Part shown: piece by piece, positions 1-13,536 of the stretch
Layout of the letters: each line of letters opens with the position of its first letter
Numbering within the stretch: position 1 is the stretch's first letter
DNA from: Octopus sinensis
Lineage: Eukaryota
Reading direction: 5' to 3'
DNA length: 64,000 bases
Assembly: GCF_006345805.1 (NCBI RefSeq)
Contig: NC_043006.1
Span: 30,938,001-31,002,000, forward strand
Program-made: the position numbers and the translations under genes
The notes under the pieces: generated by a model
What the model saw: only the letters and a program-made list of their open reading frames with translations
Told to the model about the DNA's origin: nothing
Databases searched by the model: none

Positions 1-89
1 GCTTAGGGAAGATTTTTTGTCTTCCATTCAGTTAGTGCCATAAAACCCTGAAAGGGTTCAATCAGCAATGGAAATCTGTATCCCAAATT

Positions 90-330
90 TCAATTATTCA
101 TTCGGTTTTCATTGTGCCTTGTGGCACTTGAGGCAACAGCAAGATCATTCCACCTTCTAACACTGAGGGCGTCCTTGACAGCTTGTTCCATTGTTAACCC
201 TCTCCACCACATTTCCTTTGGTTGGCCATGTCTGCTTTTACCTTGTGGAAGCCATTGCAAAGTGATGTTGACAATTGAATTTGGTTTATAGTGACAAACT
301 CGATGCAGCCATTTCCATTTCCTTGTTTCA
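90..330 (-). mobile_element. Degenerate RTE-type LINE ORF2 C-terminal fragment
   Basis: Translation RKWKWLHRVCHYKPNSIVNITLQWLPQGKSRHGQPKEMWWR resembles the RTE-group ORF2 tail motif R.W.W.GHV.R...AL.W.P.GKR.RGRPK.TW.R. Confidence 0.6.
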
Positions 331-484
331 AAGAATAGAATGCAATACACAAGTTTTTCATTATGGGATCCATATTTTAATGCTGCCCCTCTTTTTCCAC
401 TTTCAAGCTCTATTAAATAACAATGGCCTAATTAAACTAGATCCCTTTAAGCATTCACTGAAGCAAGGAAATTATCTTTAGGGA

Positions 485-665
485 TTTGTTGTTATTTAAC
501 CCCTGGTAATTGTGGTCAGTAACTTATGATTAAAAGCGTTCCAGCTATGACCATCCTGTCATTTTAAGGGAATGTAAGACTGTTATGTGTCATCTTATTT
601 AAGCCTCTAAGATATGATTTGAGGGAGATTTAGCTACTCTTCCTAGCCAGTTGAGTGACTCAGTT
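485..665 (+). repeat. Dispersed repeat family D (unclassified)
   Basis: The motif ttaacccc...ccagccatgaccatc...gatttgagggagatttggctgctatttct recurs at about 6380-6445, 6795-6840, 28290-28470, 48250-48365 (-), 51100-51160 and 54065-54215. Confidence 0.55.
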
Positions 666-1088
666 ATGGCTTTTTTAGTTTTTGTGTTTGTTTTAAGACA
701 AAGACCAGCGGCCAAAGACGTGTGGAATTAGCCAAAGACTTGGATTCATTGAACTCTTAACGACTATTTTAACTCTTCAGTTTGGCCACTTGTATCTCTC
801 AGCATGAAATGAAGAATTTGCTGATGAGAATTACTGTTGCATCTCTGAAGAATTGGTGGAGAGGAATGATGGTGGTGGTGGTGGTGGTGGAGAGTAAATA
901 AATGAATAATTCCCGTGACTCTTCTCTGAAACCAGTTTATTGTTCATTTGTCCTGTTTGTTGCGTTTGTGTGTTTGTGGAGATGTAAGATTTAGTCCTGC
1001 GGCATGGCAGTATATGTCTCCTGAAGTGCTGAACACATCATCACTCGCCTGCATTCAATGCACATCTCTTCTCATTTATGTTATCATG

Positions 1089-1119
<31 letters not shown>

Positions 1120-2976
1120 CTTCCCCCCTCTCTTTTTGTTTTGTCTTTTAAAGGAAATAACTTTTGGCTTCAGGTTACTTTTCTATAACTCTCCTTTTTC
1201 TCTCACTCCCTCTCCCTTTCTCTCCTTCCTCACTCCTTCTGTCTGTCTTATCCTTCCTCCTCCTCCTCCCCCTTCTTTGAATGTCATTTTTCTCCTTATT
1301 TTCTTGTTTCCATTTTGAATATTCTTGCTTTTTTCAATCTTTCTGTCTGCCTGCCTGTCTGTATATCTGTAAACTTCTCTCTCTCTTCACCTCCCTTCTT
1401 TCCCTCTCTGCACATTTGCATGTATCTCCTCTCTTTCATCCTCTCTTAGTGTGTGTGTGTCTTCTCCTCCTCCCACTGTGCCTCACTGCCCACTCTAAGT
1501 TTCACTAATTACTCCACCAAGACCAGTTGCTATGCTGTTGCTACACACTGTTGTTGTTGTTATTATTAAGAAATCAGGTGAGCATTGTCACCATTATTCT
1601 CTTCTTTCCTGTCAGTTTTGTTTTTCTCCATTTTCTATTAAATAATTTCTTTCTTTTTGTTCCCATTTGACTCACTCTGTCACTTTATGGAGAAGACAAC
1701 ATCACAGAAATGTTTCACTGACACAAAATGAAATATCTCCATTACATCATGTTGTCTTTTGTAATTGAGTAAGACGTCCAGCTGGTGGTGGTGGTGGCAG
1801 TGCTGGTCATAAAGGTGATGGTGACAATGGTGGAGGGGTTTGATGGTGGTAGTGGCAGCAGCCGTGGCAGTGGTTTGTATAGATTGAATTTGAAGTAACC
1901 TCCACTATTTCTCACAAGTCATTGCTAGTAACCGTTACAAGGACTAATTTCGCTGATTAGTTTCACTGTGACAATTAGTGGTCGGAGACTGAGGCTGAGC
2001 GGGTGAGGTGCATATGCAGCAGCGGCAGCAGCAGCAGCAGCAGCAGCTTCCTGATGCAAACAATTTCCATTTGCACTGCATCAACTGCAGATTCACTTTC
2101 TGATGACATTCTATGATTACCATTTTTGCATTAAATAGCTTTTTGAACATCTCTTTCAAGCGAACTCCCTCCTCACCGCCGCCACGGTTGCTGACTCAAC
2201 TCTTTAGTTTCATTTTAGTCTCATTATTCCACTCTGTTGTTGTTTATAAACAATAAACATTTGACGGTTTTTGTTTTCCTCCCCCTCGCATATCCGCCAC
2301 CACCACCACCACCGCCCTCGACATCACCATCCGTCGATTACAACACCAACAAAACCAAAGCTGATAGCCAAGTGTGACTACACAATGTTCTGGATGATGT
2401 CTGCTTGATAAAGACTGTGATAATAATTCTGTTTAGCGACACTGGAGGACGTACAAAGCATTGATTGGTGGCAAAAATGGCTTCAAACAACACACTGCAA
2501 TTAGCAGGATTATTATTATTATTATTATGCTCATCAAAATTAATTATGTTATAGACAGTGAAGTGGCAGAAATAGTAGTAAACCAGATTAAATACTTAAT
2601 GTCGTTTAGTCTCATGTCACTGCGTTCTGAGTTCAAACTGTTCTGGCATCAATTTTACCTTGCATCCTTCTGTCATTGATGAAAACACAAGTTCTCATCA
2701 TTTCACATCCTATCATTATTTTAACACCTCAACCCTTATAAATTTCTGGTTTTATGCCAATCTGAAGAATCATCCTTGGTTTCATTTTCATTTTGAAAAA
2801 AAAAAAAAAAAATTTTTTTTTCTCTTATTTTGCTCTCAAAAGTTCAGAAATGAAATCTACAGTGAAGTAAGGGGTTTTAGTTTCTTCCTTCGACATTCAA
2901 AGTTCAAGTTCTGTCTGGGGCAACTTTACCTTTAACCATTCTTACATAAACTTTAAAAACTGTCTCAGTGTCTTAA

Positions 2977-3453
2977 GTGCAGGTGTAGCTGAATGGTAAG
3001 AAAAACCACATGGTTCTGGGTTGGTTCAGTCTCACTGCGTGGTACCTTGAGCAATGGTAAAAAAAAACCCACATGGTTCTAGGTTCAGTCCTACTGCGTG
3101 GCACCTTGAGCAAGTGTCTTTTGTTATAACTCTAGGTTTCTCAAATATCTGTGAGTAGATTTAGTAAATTAAAGCTGAAAGAAGTCTGTTACATGTGTGT
3201 GTGTGTGTGTACCCACCCATGTCTCGACATAATGTGACAGTTGTAAACGAACATCTTGATACAAACAATGTTACTAGTTTCTTGTCATCTGTGAAAACTA
3301 TGTCTGGCCGTGGGAAATGTCTTACTTGGAAGCAGGTGAGGATTAGCAACAGGAAGGGCATCCAGCCATAGAAAAACTGCCTCAAATAAACCCTGTGTGA
3401 CACATACAGGCATGGAAGAGTGGGCTTTAAAAGAGGATGATGATGATGATGAT
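2977..3453 (+). mobile_element. tRNA-derived SINE (family A head) with RTE-type 3' tail; head region duplicated
   Basis: A/B-box-like head (...ggtaag...ccacatggttctaggttcagtcc..actgcgtggcaccttgagcaagtg), 3' end ggaagggcatccagccatagaaaa...gcatggaagagtggg..ttaaa and a (GAT)n tail. Confidence 0.75.
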
Positions 3454-4212
3454 AAAATAACAGCAATGTACTAAGTTGAATGTATCAGTTACAACTTTAA
3501 AAAAAATTTTTTTAAATAAGAGAGGTGGAAGAGGGAGGGAGGAACATTTATCTAAGAAAGAAATCAATACTGTTCAATTAATTTTTAATCCCTTCAGGAG
3601 AAAATTTCTACAAATTAGCTGGTGAGGACTGTTAATTTCACCATTGAATTTCCTGCTGGTTGATTTCAGAGAAAGCGGAGGAGATTCTATGAAATATCCT
3701 CAGAGGGATGTTACAGTCTTTATCTCTTTCTCTCCCTCCTTTGTTCTCTCTTTCTCTATCATCATCATCAGCAACAGCAGCATCATCCTCTGGGATCTAC
3801 TAATGGCCACATGGATAGGGTCTTGGTCTTCCCCCTCCTAATGGAGGACTTAAACAAGTAGAAGCAAGAAGATAACCAAATGAATATGGTCTTGTGTTAT
3901 TGATTCATAGTTCTTTGGTTCAATTCCACTTCAAACATTGCTTTTGTGTATTTATGCAGCAAATTTAATTCCACATACCTCTGTAGATCTTCTGGGAATG
4001 TGATCTGAGACAGACTTGTAGTCTATGATTTAGTTATCTTTTGCTGCCATGAAACTGGAATTCAACTTTGGTTAGCTTCAAATTGATGTGGAACTTGGGA
4101 AACCCTAACTTTTAGAATTTTTAGCTAAAAACAGCCACAAAAATTTGCTTTTAATATTTCATTATGGATCTTCTTTGGTTTTCATCCTGGATTTACAAAC
4201 ATGCTCCATCCA

Positions 4213-4286
<74 letters not shown>

Positions 4287-4335
4287 TATATATATGCACT
4301 GTGTGTGTGTGTTAGAGAGGAGGCTGGGAGATGGA

Positions 4336-4707
4336 ATGCAGGAGTGGTTGTGTGGTAAGTAGCTTGCTTACCAACCACATGGTCCCGGGTTCAGTCCCAC
4401 TGAGTGGCACCATAGGCAAGTGTTTTCTACTATAGCTTTGGGCTGATCAAAGCCTTGTGAGTGGATTTGGTAGATGGAAACTGGAAGAAGCCCGTCATAT
4501 ATATGTATATGTATGTATATGTTTGTGTATCTGTTTGTCCCCTAACATCACTTGACAACCAATGCTGGTTGTAACTTAGTGGTTCGGTAAAAGAGACTAA
4601 TGTAATAAGTACTGAGCTTACAAAGAATCAGCTGTGGGATAGATTTGCTTGACTAAAGGCGGTGCTCCAGCATGGCCACAGTCAAATGACTGAAACAAGT
4701 AAAAGAG
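4336..4707 (+). mobile_element. tRNA-derived SINE family A, full length
   Basis: Head gcaggagtggttgtgtggtaag...cccgggttcagtccc (A/B boxes), internal (TA/TG)n tract, 3' end ccagcatggccacagtcaaatgactgaaacaagtaaaagag. Other copies at 13021-13370(-), 19562-19966(+), 25705-26091(-), 27287-27909(+), 33776-34025(-), 41933-42380(+), 43921-44313(-) and 52410-53315(-, split). Confidence 0.85.
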
Positions 4708-5156
4708 ACACACACACACACACACACATGTAGCACAATCAACTTCCACCACCACTTCTTTTTCTTGTCCCCTCAAACAAGTCTGCTGATATAAGCCCCC
4801 CCTCCCCTATATTTCCTTGGTCTTCAGATTTGTTCCTCTTTATGTACATTGCACAATTCCACAAATACTCGCACACTCCCACTCATGCACACCCCCCCAC
4901 ACACACACCATTGATGCTGTCTGTTTAGGTGAATGTGTTATTCACATGTGTTATTCACATGTATTATTCACATCATGGAAATGGAAAAAAAATCTCCATT
5001 AGTCCACCCTTGACCCCTCCCCCCTCCTTTGCTTTTCACTTTCTTTCTTTTCCTGCATTCCATCTCCCATCCTCCTCTCTAACACACACACACACACACA
5101 CCACACACACACACAGTGCATACACTTTCATTTATGCACCACATTAAAAATAAAAG

Positions 5157-5193
<37 letters not shown>

Positions 5194-7259
5194 CAAAGGA
5201 AAGGCAACAAAGTGGAACATTTGCAGACATGATTTCAAGGATGCTCAAACATTTTGTGTGAAGATTTTTGTTGTTGTTGTTGTTGTAGTTGTAACAGTGG
5301 CAGTTGTGATGTTGGTGTTGGTGGTTGTTGTAGTGGTGAGAATAATGGGACGTGTGTGTGTGTGTGGGGGGATGTCGGGAAGGGTGGTGGTGTTAATGGC
5401 TGAGATAAAGATTGTTAGTCATGGTTTGAGTTAAGTTTCCTCATGATGTTGTTGTGCTAATGGTGGAGGTGGCAGCTTTTGGTAATCACATCCGGTGATG
5501 ATGATGATGGTGATGATAAACTGTGGTGATGCTGGTTTTGATGGCACTTAAAGATGATATTGGAGAAAAAATACAAACTATTTTGAAGCCAGAATACCCC
5601 CCTCCCCCAATGTTATTTTTTTTTTGCTAAATGTTTATTTCATTTTTGTTTTGTTTTTTATTCCTTTCTCCATTTTTTGTCTCCAGGCAATTTTCTTTTT
5701 ATCTTTTTTTACACCTTCAACACACAATTACCCAAAAATACTCTCTGCTCCCTCCTTCTCACTCTTCCTTATGTTTATTAACCCCCCCTCTCCCCGTTCC
5801 ATATTTGCCTCCTCCCCCCTCCTAGACTCATGACTTTCTTCCTATCAGTTTCTCAATTGTGATTCTTCATTTATCACATTTCATCCATGCCTCACAACAA
5901 TGCCACTCCACATTACAACACACACACACAACACCACACCACATTCTATCACCCCTTCCGCACCCCGTATTGATTTTCTGTTCCTCCATTCCATCCAGTA
6001 GGGGTTGCCTTCTAAAGACTGGTGGACTGCTTCCCCACCCCTTCATCTTTTATGAGAACCAAACAGCCTCACCCCATTCCCTGCAACCAGTACACTTCCC
6101 CCTTTCCAACAACATTTTAGCTGTTTATTTTCACACACACACACACACACACACACATTCTCTCTCTCTCTCTCTCTCTCTCTGTATATATTTGTATATA
6201 TGTATATGTGTATTTATATGTGAATGGATATGTATCCATCCATCCATCTATCCATTCATCCCTGAATCTATCCCTTCTCCAACCGACCAACCCAACCTGT
6301 TGACCAGAAGCCTTTCAATAAACACATTGCAATTTATTCCACATGACAGCTGGATTGTCGTTGTTGTTATTAACATGGCACAGCCTTTGGTCAGCTCTGA
6401 TTGAGAATTAGGATCAAAGATGTTCAAGCCATGACCATCATCCCCCACCCCCATACCTTAAAGCTCTCAACTAGTACAATGCCACCTCTCCTCTCAATAC
6501 AACCCCCCCGCAGTTGAGGGACTTTTGTTTTGTATTGTCTTGTAAGGTATTTGGTGATCCTGTGGATGCTGGTGCCATGTAAAAAAGCACCCAGCCCATT
6601 GGCATTAGGAAGGGCATCCAGCTGTAGAAAGCATACCAAAACAGACAATTGAACCTGGTGCAGCTCTCCAGCCATGCCAGCTCCTGTTAAACTATCCAAC
6701 CCATGCCAGCATGTTAAATAATGATGATGATGATGTACATTTTATGTAGGCCTGCTGCGTCATCAGTGATACATGTTTCCTCCTTTTAAAACTGTAAGGT
6801 GATTTGAGGGAGATTTGGCTGTTATTTCTTGTAAGTTGTAAGATTTGTACTGTTGGCATTATCTACAGGCTGTTTTTGCAGTTGTTGTTATTACAATTGG
6901 TAAAAGACTCCATGAAAAGTTGCTCTGCCAATGTTTCCAAACTTGTTCAGTCAATTGCTCTCTTTAGTCTCTCGTGATGGGACTGGATATTTGAGAAGAG
7001 GAGGGTCCACCAATAAACCCCTACATTCCTTTAGCAATCACTTAACTCCTATTCATCTCCTACAACAATCTTAGTATTCCTTCTGTCAGATGATTTTACA
7101 CACTTTTACAAACATTGGTCTACAGCAGCAGCCCACAGCCTTTTTTTTTTTTTTGCACGCCACACCAGTTTCATGTAAGTTACTTTCTCTACAGACTAGG
7201 GAATCAAAGGCATAATTAAACACAATAAAGTACCTAATATGTAATTTAATTATTACATA

Positions 7260-7645
7260 TATCATCATCATCATTGTTTAACGTCTGCTTTCCATGCTGG
7301 CATGGGTTGGATGGTTTGATTGAGGACTGGTGAGCCAGAAGCTGCACCAGGCTCAATCTGATCTGGCAAAGTTTCTGCAGCTGGATGCTCTTCCTAACAC
7401 CAACCACTCCAAGAGTGTAGTGGGTGCTTTTACATGCCACAGGCACGAGGGCAAGTCAGGCAATGACCACGCTCAAAAGGTGCTTTTTATGTGCTACCTG
7501 CACAGGAACCAGTCCGGCGGCACTTGCAACGACCATGCTTGAATGTTGTTTTTCATGTGCTGGTAAGGCGACGCTAGCAACGATTACACTCGAATGGTGC
7601 TTTTCACGTGTCACCGGCACAGGAGCCAATCTGTCGCCCTGGCAA
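7260..7645 (-). mobile_element. RTE LINE 3' UTR/tail fragment
   Basis: (CAT)n-gtttaacgtc..tttccatgctggcatgggttgga...ctggatgcYcttcctaa..ccaaccact, matching the 3' UTR attached to RTE ORF2 at 37121-38097. Similar fragments at about 6565-6735(+), 14295-14760(+), 15860-16060(-), 18155-18510(-), 36082-36520(-), 38140-38520(-), 39565-39760(+), 46160-46410(+), 47431-47900(+), 48812-49365(-), 52640-52885(-), 56945-57190(-) and 58190-58310(+). Confidence 0.8.
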
Positions 7646-8180
7646 AAGCAAAACTATCCTGTAGGCTGCAGTAGTTAATGAAACAGAAGTAAAATTAAAG
7701 AATTTATTCTTTCTTGTGGCTCAATATTAAATGACCCCCAAATTGGTTTGTCCTTTAGTGGTTGAGGATCCATGTCCACATTCTTTAGCTCTCTTTCTTT
7801 CATCTAAAAACTCCTCTAAACTAATTAAGCTCATGCTGACTCGGCTACACTGAAAAGTATCAAAAATACTGAATCAATATGCCCATTGTAATCATTGCCC
7901 CTACAGACCAAGATTAGACCCCACCCCACTTGCTCAGGAGAATTGAAGGTTTTAAAATCAATTTTTTGAAGTTATTTCCTATTAATATATTTCCCATTTT
8001 ATGAAGCGCTAACGATTATTCCTTCTCAGTTTTTGTTTTCTTTCTCCAACTAAGAGGTAGATTACAATTCATTGAGACATTTTTATGTCCATCATTCAGT
8101 ATGTCAACACTTAATTACTTTATTGTCATAATTGCTCTTCTTTATTGTTGTTGTTGTTCATATTTCTGTTGTTTGCTATC

Positions 8181-8211
<31 letters not shown>

Positions 8212-8385
8212 TTGTTTGGTGTTCTTTCTGTTCATGTTGTTGTATTGTTTACTTTCAAAGATTAAATTTACTTCCCACAATCCTCTTCTCTTTCTCTTCT
8301 ACTTTCATTCAGTTTACTTTTTTTTATATCTTTCTTTGGAGTTCACTTATCATCATCATCATCATCATCTGTATTTACATATATG

Positions 8386-8386
8386 T

Positions 8387-8417
<31 letters not shown>

Positions 8418-8822
8418 CATACTTTTACATATACATTTTTTTAATATTTATATATGCTATGTTTAGTTCTTTCCAATTTCTCTTTCCTGTATTTTCTATT
8501 TCCAGCCATGGCCACCCCCTCACCATCTGTTTTACCATTCTTCTACTCCACCCACGCACATCCCTGGCCTCATTGTCTGTAATTTAATAAAAGAAAACAA
8601 GGAATCAAATAAAGAATCCATCTAAAAGCTGTCCACCCCCCTGCCCCCTTTCCCCCTCTTCCCCCCCTCCATCTGAGAAGAGTTCAATTTTAATTGCTAT
8701 ATTGTCAGAAACACACTCCATTCCCAATAAAGAAATAAAACTTTTAACAACAAAATATTACTTTGAAATTTAATAGCATTTCAACATTTAGTAGACATCT
8801 TGTCAAAGTCTTGGAGAATATA

Positions 8823-8874
<52 letters not shown>

Positions 8875-9760
8875 AGAAAACCTGTGTGGGCATGTGTGTT
8901 TTTATATGTATTTGTGTGCCTATATAATTGTGCGTATATATGTGTGTTATGTATGCTACATATGTGTGTGTTGTGTATGCTATATATGTGTGTGTATGTG
9001 TATTTTGCTCTTCACTTTATCTCTCTCTCTCTCGTTCTCTCCCCCCTCTCCCTCTCTCTTTCATTGGGTGTAATTGACTGAGTAAATTGATTTCTTAGAT
9101 GCCAGAAGTTGGTAAAGTGCTTGCTTCCTGGAGGTGATTCTCTGTGAGAAACTGGCAATTTAAAGAAAAAAGAAAAAAAATTGTAATTAGATTCAATCCA
9201 CAGCAATGTATACTATATTTAATTATTTACCACCATCACCACTGCCACTACCATCATCACTACTACTTTCGTTGTTGTTGTTGTTGTTCATATTTCTTAC
9301 AATAATTTTCACCAATAAAAGCAATATCTTTTTGTACATAAGACTAGATTTATGTTTTTCTTTCTCTTCTAATCTTTAAGAACTTTTCAGTTTTTTCGTT
9401 TGTTATTTCTCAGTTTTAATGGCTTCTGAAATTTTCTAATTATATTTTCATATTCAAAGTTTTTTTTTTTACTTATGTATATATATATATATATATGTAA
9501 TAAAATATGGGGAAAAAGAAAACATATATATATACACACACACATATATACACACACACACATATATATATACACACACAGATACATATATATATACACA
9601 CACACATACATATATGCATATACATACACACATACATATATACATATACACATACACACACATATGCATACATATATATGTATTCATATATATATATATA
9701 TAGGCATATAATATATATACACACACACACATATATACACATGTATATATATATATATAA

Positions 9761-9793
<33 letters not shown>

Positions 9794-10202
9794 TGTACAT
9801 ACTTTTACATATACATTTTTTTAATATTTATATATGCTATGTTTAGTTCTTTCCAATTTCTCTTTCCTGTATTTTCTATTTCCAGCCATGGCCACCCCCT
9901 CACCATCTGTTTTACCATTCTTCTACTCCACCCACGCACATCCCTGGCCTCATTGTCTGTAATTTAATAAAAGAAAACAAGGAATCAAATAAAGAATCCA
10001 TCTAAAAGCTGTCCACCCCCCTGCCCCCTTTCCCCCTCTTCCCCCCCTCCATCTGAGAAGAGTTCAATTTTAATTGCTATATTGTCAGAAACACACTCCA
10101 TTCCCAATAAAGAAATAAAACTTTTAACAACAAAATATTACTTTGAAATTTAATAGCATTTCAACATTTAGTAGACATCTTGTCAAAGTCTTGGAGAATA
10201 TA

Positions 10203-10246
<44 letters not shown>

Positions 10247-11129
10247 AGAAAACCTGTGTGGGCATGTGTGTTTTTATATGTATTTGTGTGCCTATATAAT
10301 TGTGCGTATATATGTGTGTTATGTATGCTACATATGTGTGTGTTGTGTATGCTATATATGTGTGTGTATGTGTATTTTGCTCTTCACTTTATCTCTCTCT
10401 CTCTCTCTCTCTCTCGTTCTCTCCCCCCTCTCCCTCTCTCTTTCATTGGGTGTAATTGACTGAGTAATTGATTTCTTAGATGCCAGAAGTTGGTAAAGTG
10501 CTTGCTTCCTGGAGGTGATTCTCTGTGAGAAACTGGCAATTTAAAGAAAAAAGAAAAAAAATTGTAATTAGATTCAATCCACAGCAATGTATACTATATT
10601 TAATTATTTACCACCATCACCACTGCCACTGCCATCATCACTACTACTTTCGTTGTTGTTGTTGTTGTTGTTCATATTTCTTACAATAATTTTCACCAAT
10701 AAAAGCAATATCTTTTTGTACATAAGACTAGATTTATGTTTTTCTTTCTCTTCTAATCTTTAAGAACTTTTCAGTTTTTTCGTTTGTTATTTCTCAGTTT
10801 TAATGGCTTCTGAAATTTTCTAATTATATTTTCATATTCAAAGTTTTTTTTTTTACTTATGTATATATATATATATATATGTAATAAAATATGGGGAAAA
10901 AGAAAACATATATATATACACACACACATATATACACACACACACATATATATATACACACACAGATACATATATATATATACACACACACATACATATA
11001 TGCATATACATACACACATACATATATACATATACACATACACACACATATGCATACATATATATGTATTCATATATATATATATATAGGCATATAATAT
11101 ATATACACACACACACATATATACACATG

Positions 11130-11170
<41 letters not shown>
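8386..11170. repeat. Tandem duplication, two copies of about 1380 bp
   Basis: catgtacatacttttacat at 8412 and 9792 (offset 1380). The copies are near-identical except for microsatellite lengths and a few single-base differences, and the junctions lie in (CA)n tracts. Confidence 0.95.
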
Positions 11171-11185
<15 letters not shown>

Positions 11186-11188
11186 CAC

Positions 11189-11219
<31 letters not shown>

Positions 11220-12314
11220 CACACACACGTATAGTTTTTATATGTTTTGAATTATTTATTTGTTGGTATATATACAATTTTTTTGTGTGTGTGAATGTTT
11301 TCCTTTGTCTCTTGAATAATGCACACACACACACACACACAGAGGTCGCCTAATCTTTTCTTTTCCTGGTGCTCTTATTTGCAATGAATGTTATTTTAAT
11401 TCAATTCATTCGTTTATGTTTTGATGGGAATAAAGTATATAGCGATGGCAAAGAGGAAAACTAACAGAATTGGGGAATAGTTAAGTGTTTATTGATATGA
11501 ACTTTCTCCGAAGGGTCAAGGGACCCCCATCAACATCCATCAATCGTTAAACCATCACAGTCCTGATGAAATGAAAGTAAATGAGTGTGTTTTGTATATG
11601 ATGCAATTGTAGAAATATTGGATTCAAATTGCTGGCACAAGGCCAGCAATTTCCGGGGGTGGGGGTTGAAGCTGATCACATCAACAACAGTGTTCGACTG
11701 GTACTTACTTTATTGATCCCAAAAGGATGAAAGGCAAAGTCAGCCTCGCTGGAATTTGAACTCAGAACATAAAAATGGATGGAATGCTTCTAAGCATTTT
11801 GCTCACTGCCTTCTTGCAGACAGACAGACATTGCATAGATTCTAACCAAATATTGAACATCGACTTGAATTAAAGTATTTGCATATTTGTGTAAATATTG
11901 TTGCTGTTGTTGTCATAGACTGTGCTATTTGTGTACTAGTCCACGTGCCATGGGGAGGGAAGGGCTTCACTTCAACATTTCCTGTTCGATTGTTCCTGTG
12001 TATGTTTGGTAGAATCCTGGCTTATTCCGGTGTGCTTCACTTTACCTGGCTCTTGACAGGACACACTGAAAATGTCTAGGAATGGTATCTGACATAAATA
12101 AGTCTATGCTGTATGTAATAAAGGAAATTTAATTTTCATTTATTTACCTTCAATAAACGAGCTCTTAAAATCCATTTTTGGCTTAAGAACAGTGTGTATG
12201 TGTGTGTGCCCCCCCCCCTATATTGGCACCATAACCTCATGGAACAAACACTGTGGAGGGGGACTGAAGTATGTAAAAGGATGCTGTATTCCAGAAGCAT
12301 TCTCTCAGAGTCTG

Positions 12315-12617
12315 TATTGTTGTTTGTTCCTTCTTGAGCCATGCCTGGCTCATAAGGGCCGGTTTCCCGGTTTCTTGGCGTATAGGTTCCTCACCTGGAT
12401 GGGACGCCGGCCCATCGCAGGTGAGCTGCAAGATGCAGGAAGAAAGAGTGAGAGAAAGTTGTGGCGAAAGAGTCAGCAGAGGTTCGCTACTACCTTCTGC
12501 TGGAGCTGCGTGGAGCTTAGGCGTTTCGCTCATAAACACACACACACCGCCCGGTCTGAGATTCGAACCCTCGACCGCGAGTCCGCTGCTCTAACCACTA
12601 GGCCATGTGCCTCCACC
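12315..12617 (-). mobile_element. tRNA(Arg)-like SINE, CpG-rich (young) copy
   Basis: The minus strand begins gtggaggcacatggcctagtggttagagcagcggactcgcggtcgagggttcgaatctc (A box TGGCCTAGTGG, B box GGTTCGAATC, TCG at the anticodon-like position) and ends in a CAA/ACAA-rich tail. Confidence 0.8.
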
Positions 12618-12915
12618 AGGGTCTGTATAGAAAAACAGAACTAAATCCTATAGTGAAGTTTCAACACAAACATGCACACACACACATACACAGTCTCCCT
12701 TTCTCAGTCACACATACTCATGCACACATGGACTCAATCTCTCTCTCTCATTTTGCATGGCTTTGCATACAGGGAATCATCAACTGACATGTAAAGATGA
12801 AACATTTTCATAATTAGGGAGAGTATCTTTGTCAGAGGGAGAAATCCTCATCAGGGACCACTTTATTTTCTTCCTTTCTTTTGTTTGATTTCCCAACCAG
12901 AGACTCCTTCCAGAC

Positions 12916-13513
12916 CAATGCTTCTCAAATAGGGTCCATATGATCCTGGGGGTGGGGCGTATGAAGTTGTGTTGTTAAAGTTTATAAGTAAGAAATTGGT
13001 TACATATCTACAATTCATCTATTCTTTTCAGTTATTTGACTGTGGCCATGCTGGGGCACCAGCTTTTAGTCGAACAAATCGATCCCAGGATTATTTTTTG
13101 TAAGCCTAGTACTTATTCTATTGATCTCTTTTGCCGAACCACTAAGTTACGGGGATATAAACACACCGACATCGGTTGTCAACTGATGGTGGGGGGACAA
13201 AGACACACACACAAGCATATACGTACATACATACACACGATGGGCTTCTTTCAGTATCCATCTGCCAAATCCACTCACAAGGTTTTGGTTGGCCCAAGGC
13301 TATAGAAGAAGACATTTGCCCAAGGTGCCACATAGAAGCAAGCTTCTTACCAATCAGCTACACTGTGCCAATAACTAAAGTATATTTTCACAACTTTATT
13401 AATACAATTCTTAATAATACTTAATTATTGAAATATAACAGAATTTTTCTTTTAACCTGGAGTAAAAGAGAGATCAAAAGAGTTCATAGGCAAAAAAGGG
13501 TTGAGCCCTACTG
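12916..13513 (-). mobile_element. hAT/Charlie-like MITE interrupted by a family A SINE
   Basis: Ends caatgcttctcaaa... and ...gggttgagccctactg resemble CAGTGGTTCTCAACC TIRs. The internal sequence is the reverse complement of 22937-23166, with a SINE inserted at about 13021-13370. Confidence 0.6.
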
Positions 13514-13536
13514 TTCTTCACATTTCATTCACCTTA

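Noticed and set aside
9387-11340. Many long ORFs rich in C/V/Y/I/H/T
   Set aside because: They are translations of CA/TA/TG microsatellites.
11560-11580. cctgatgaaatgaaagta: CTGATGA and GAAA close together
   Set aside because: There is no room for stem II and no stem I pairing; a chance match.
12545-12617. Possible tRNA-Arg gene
   Set aside because: The cloverleaf is incomplete and the sequence continues into a SINE body and tail; it is a SINE head.
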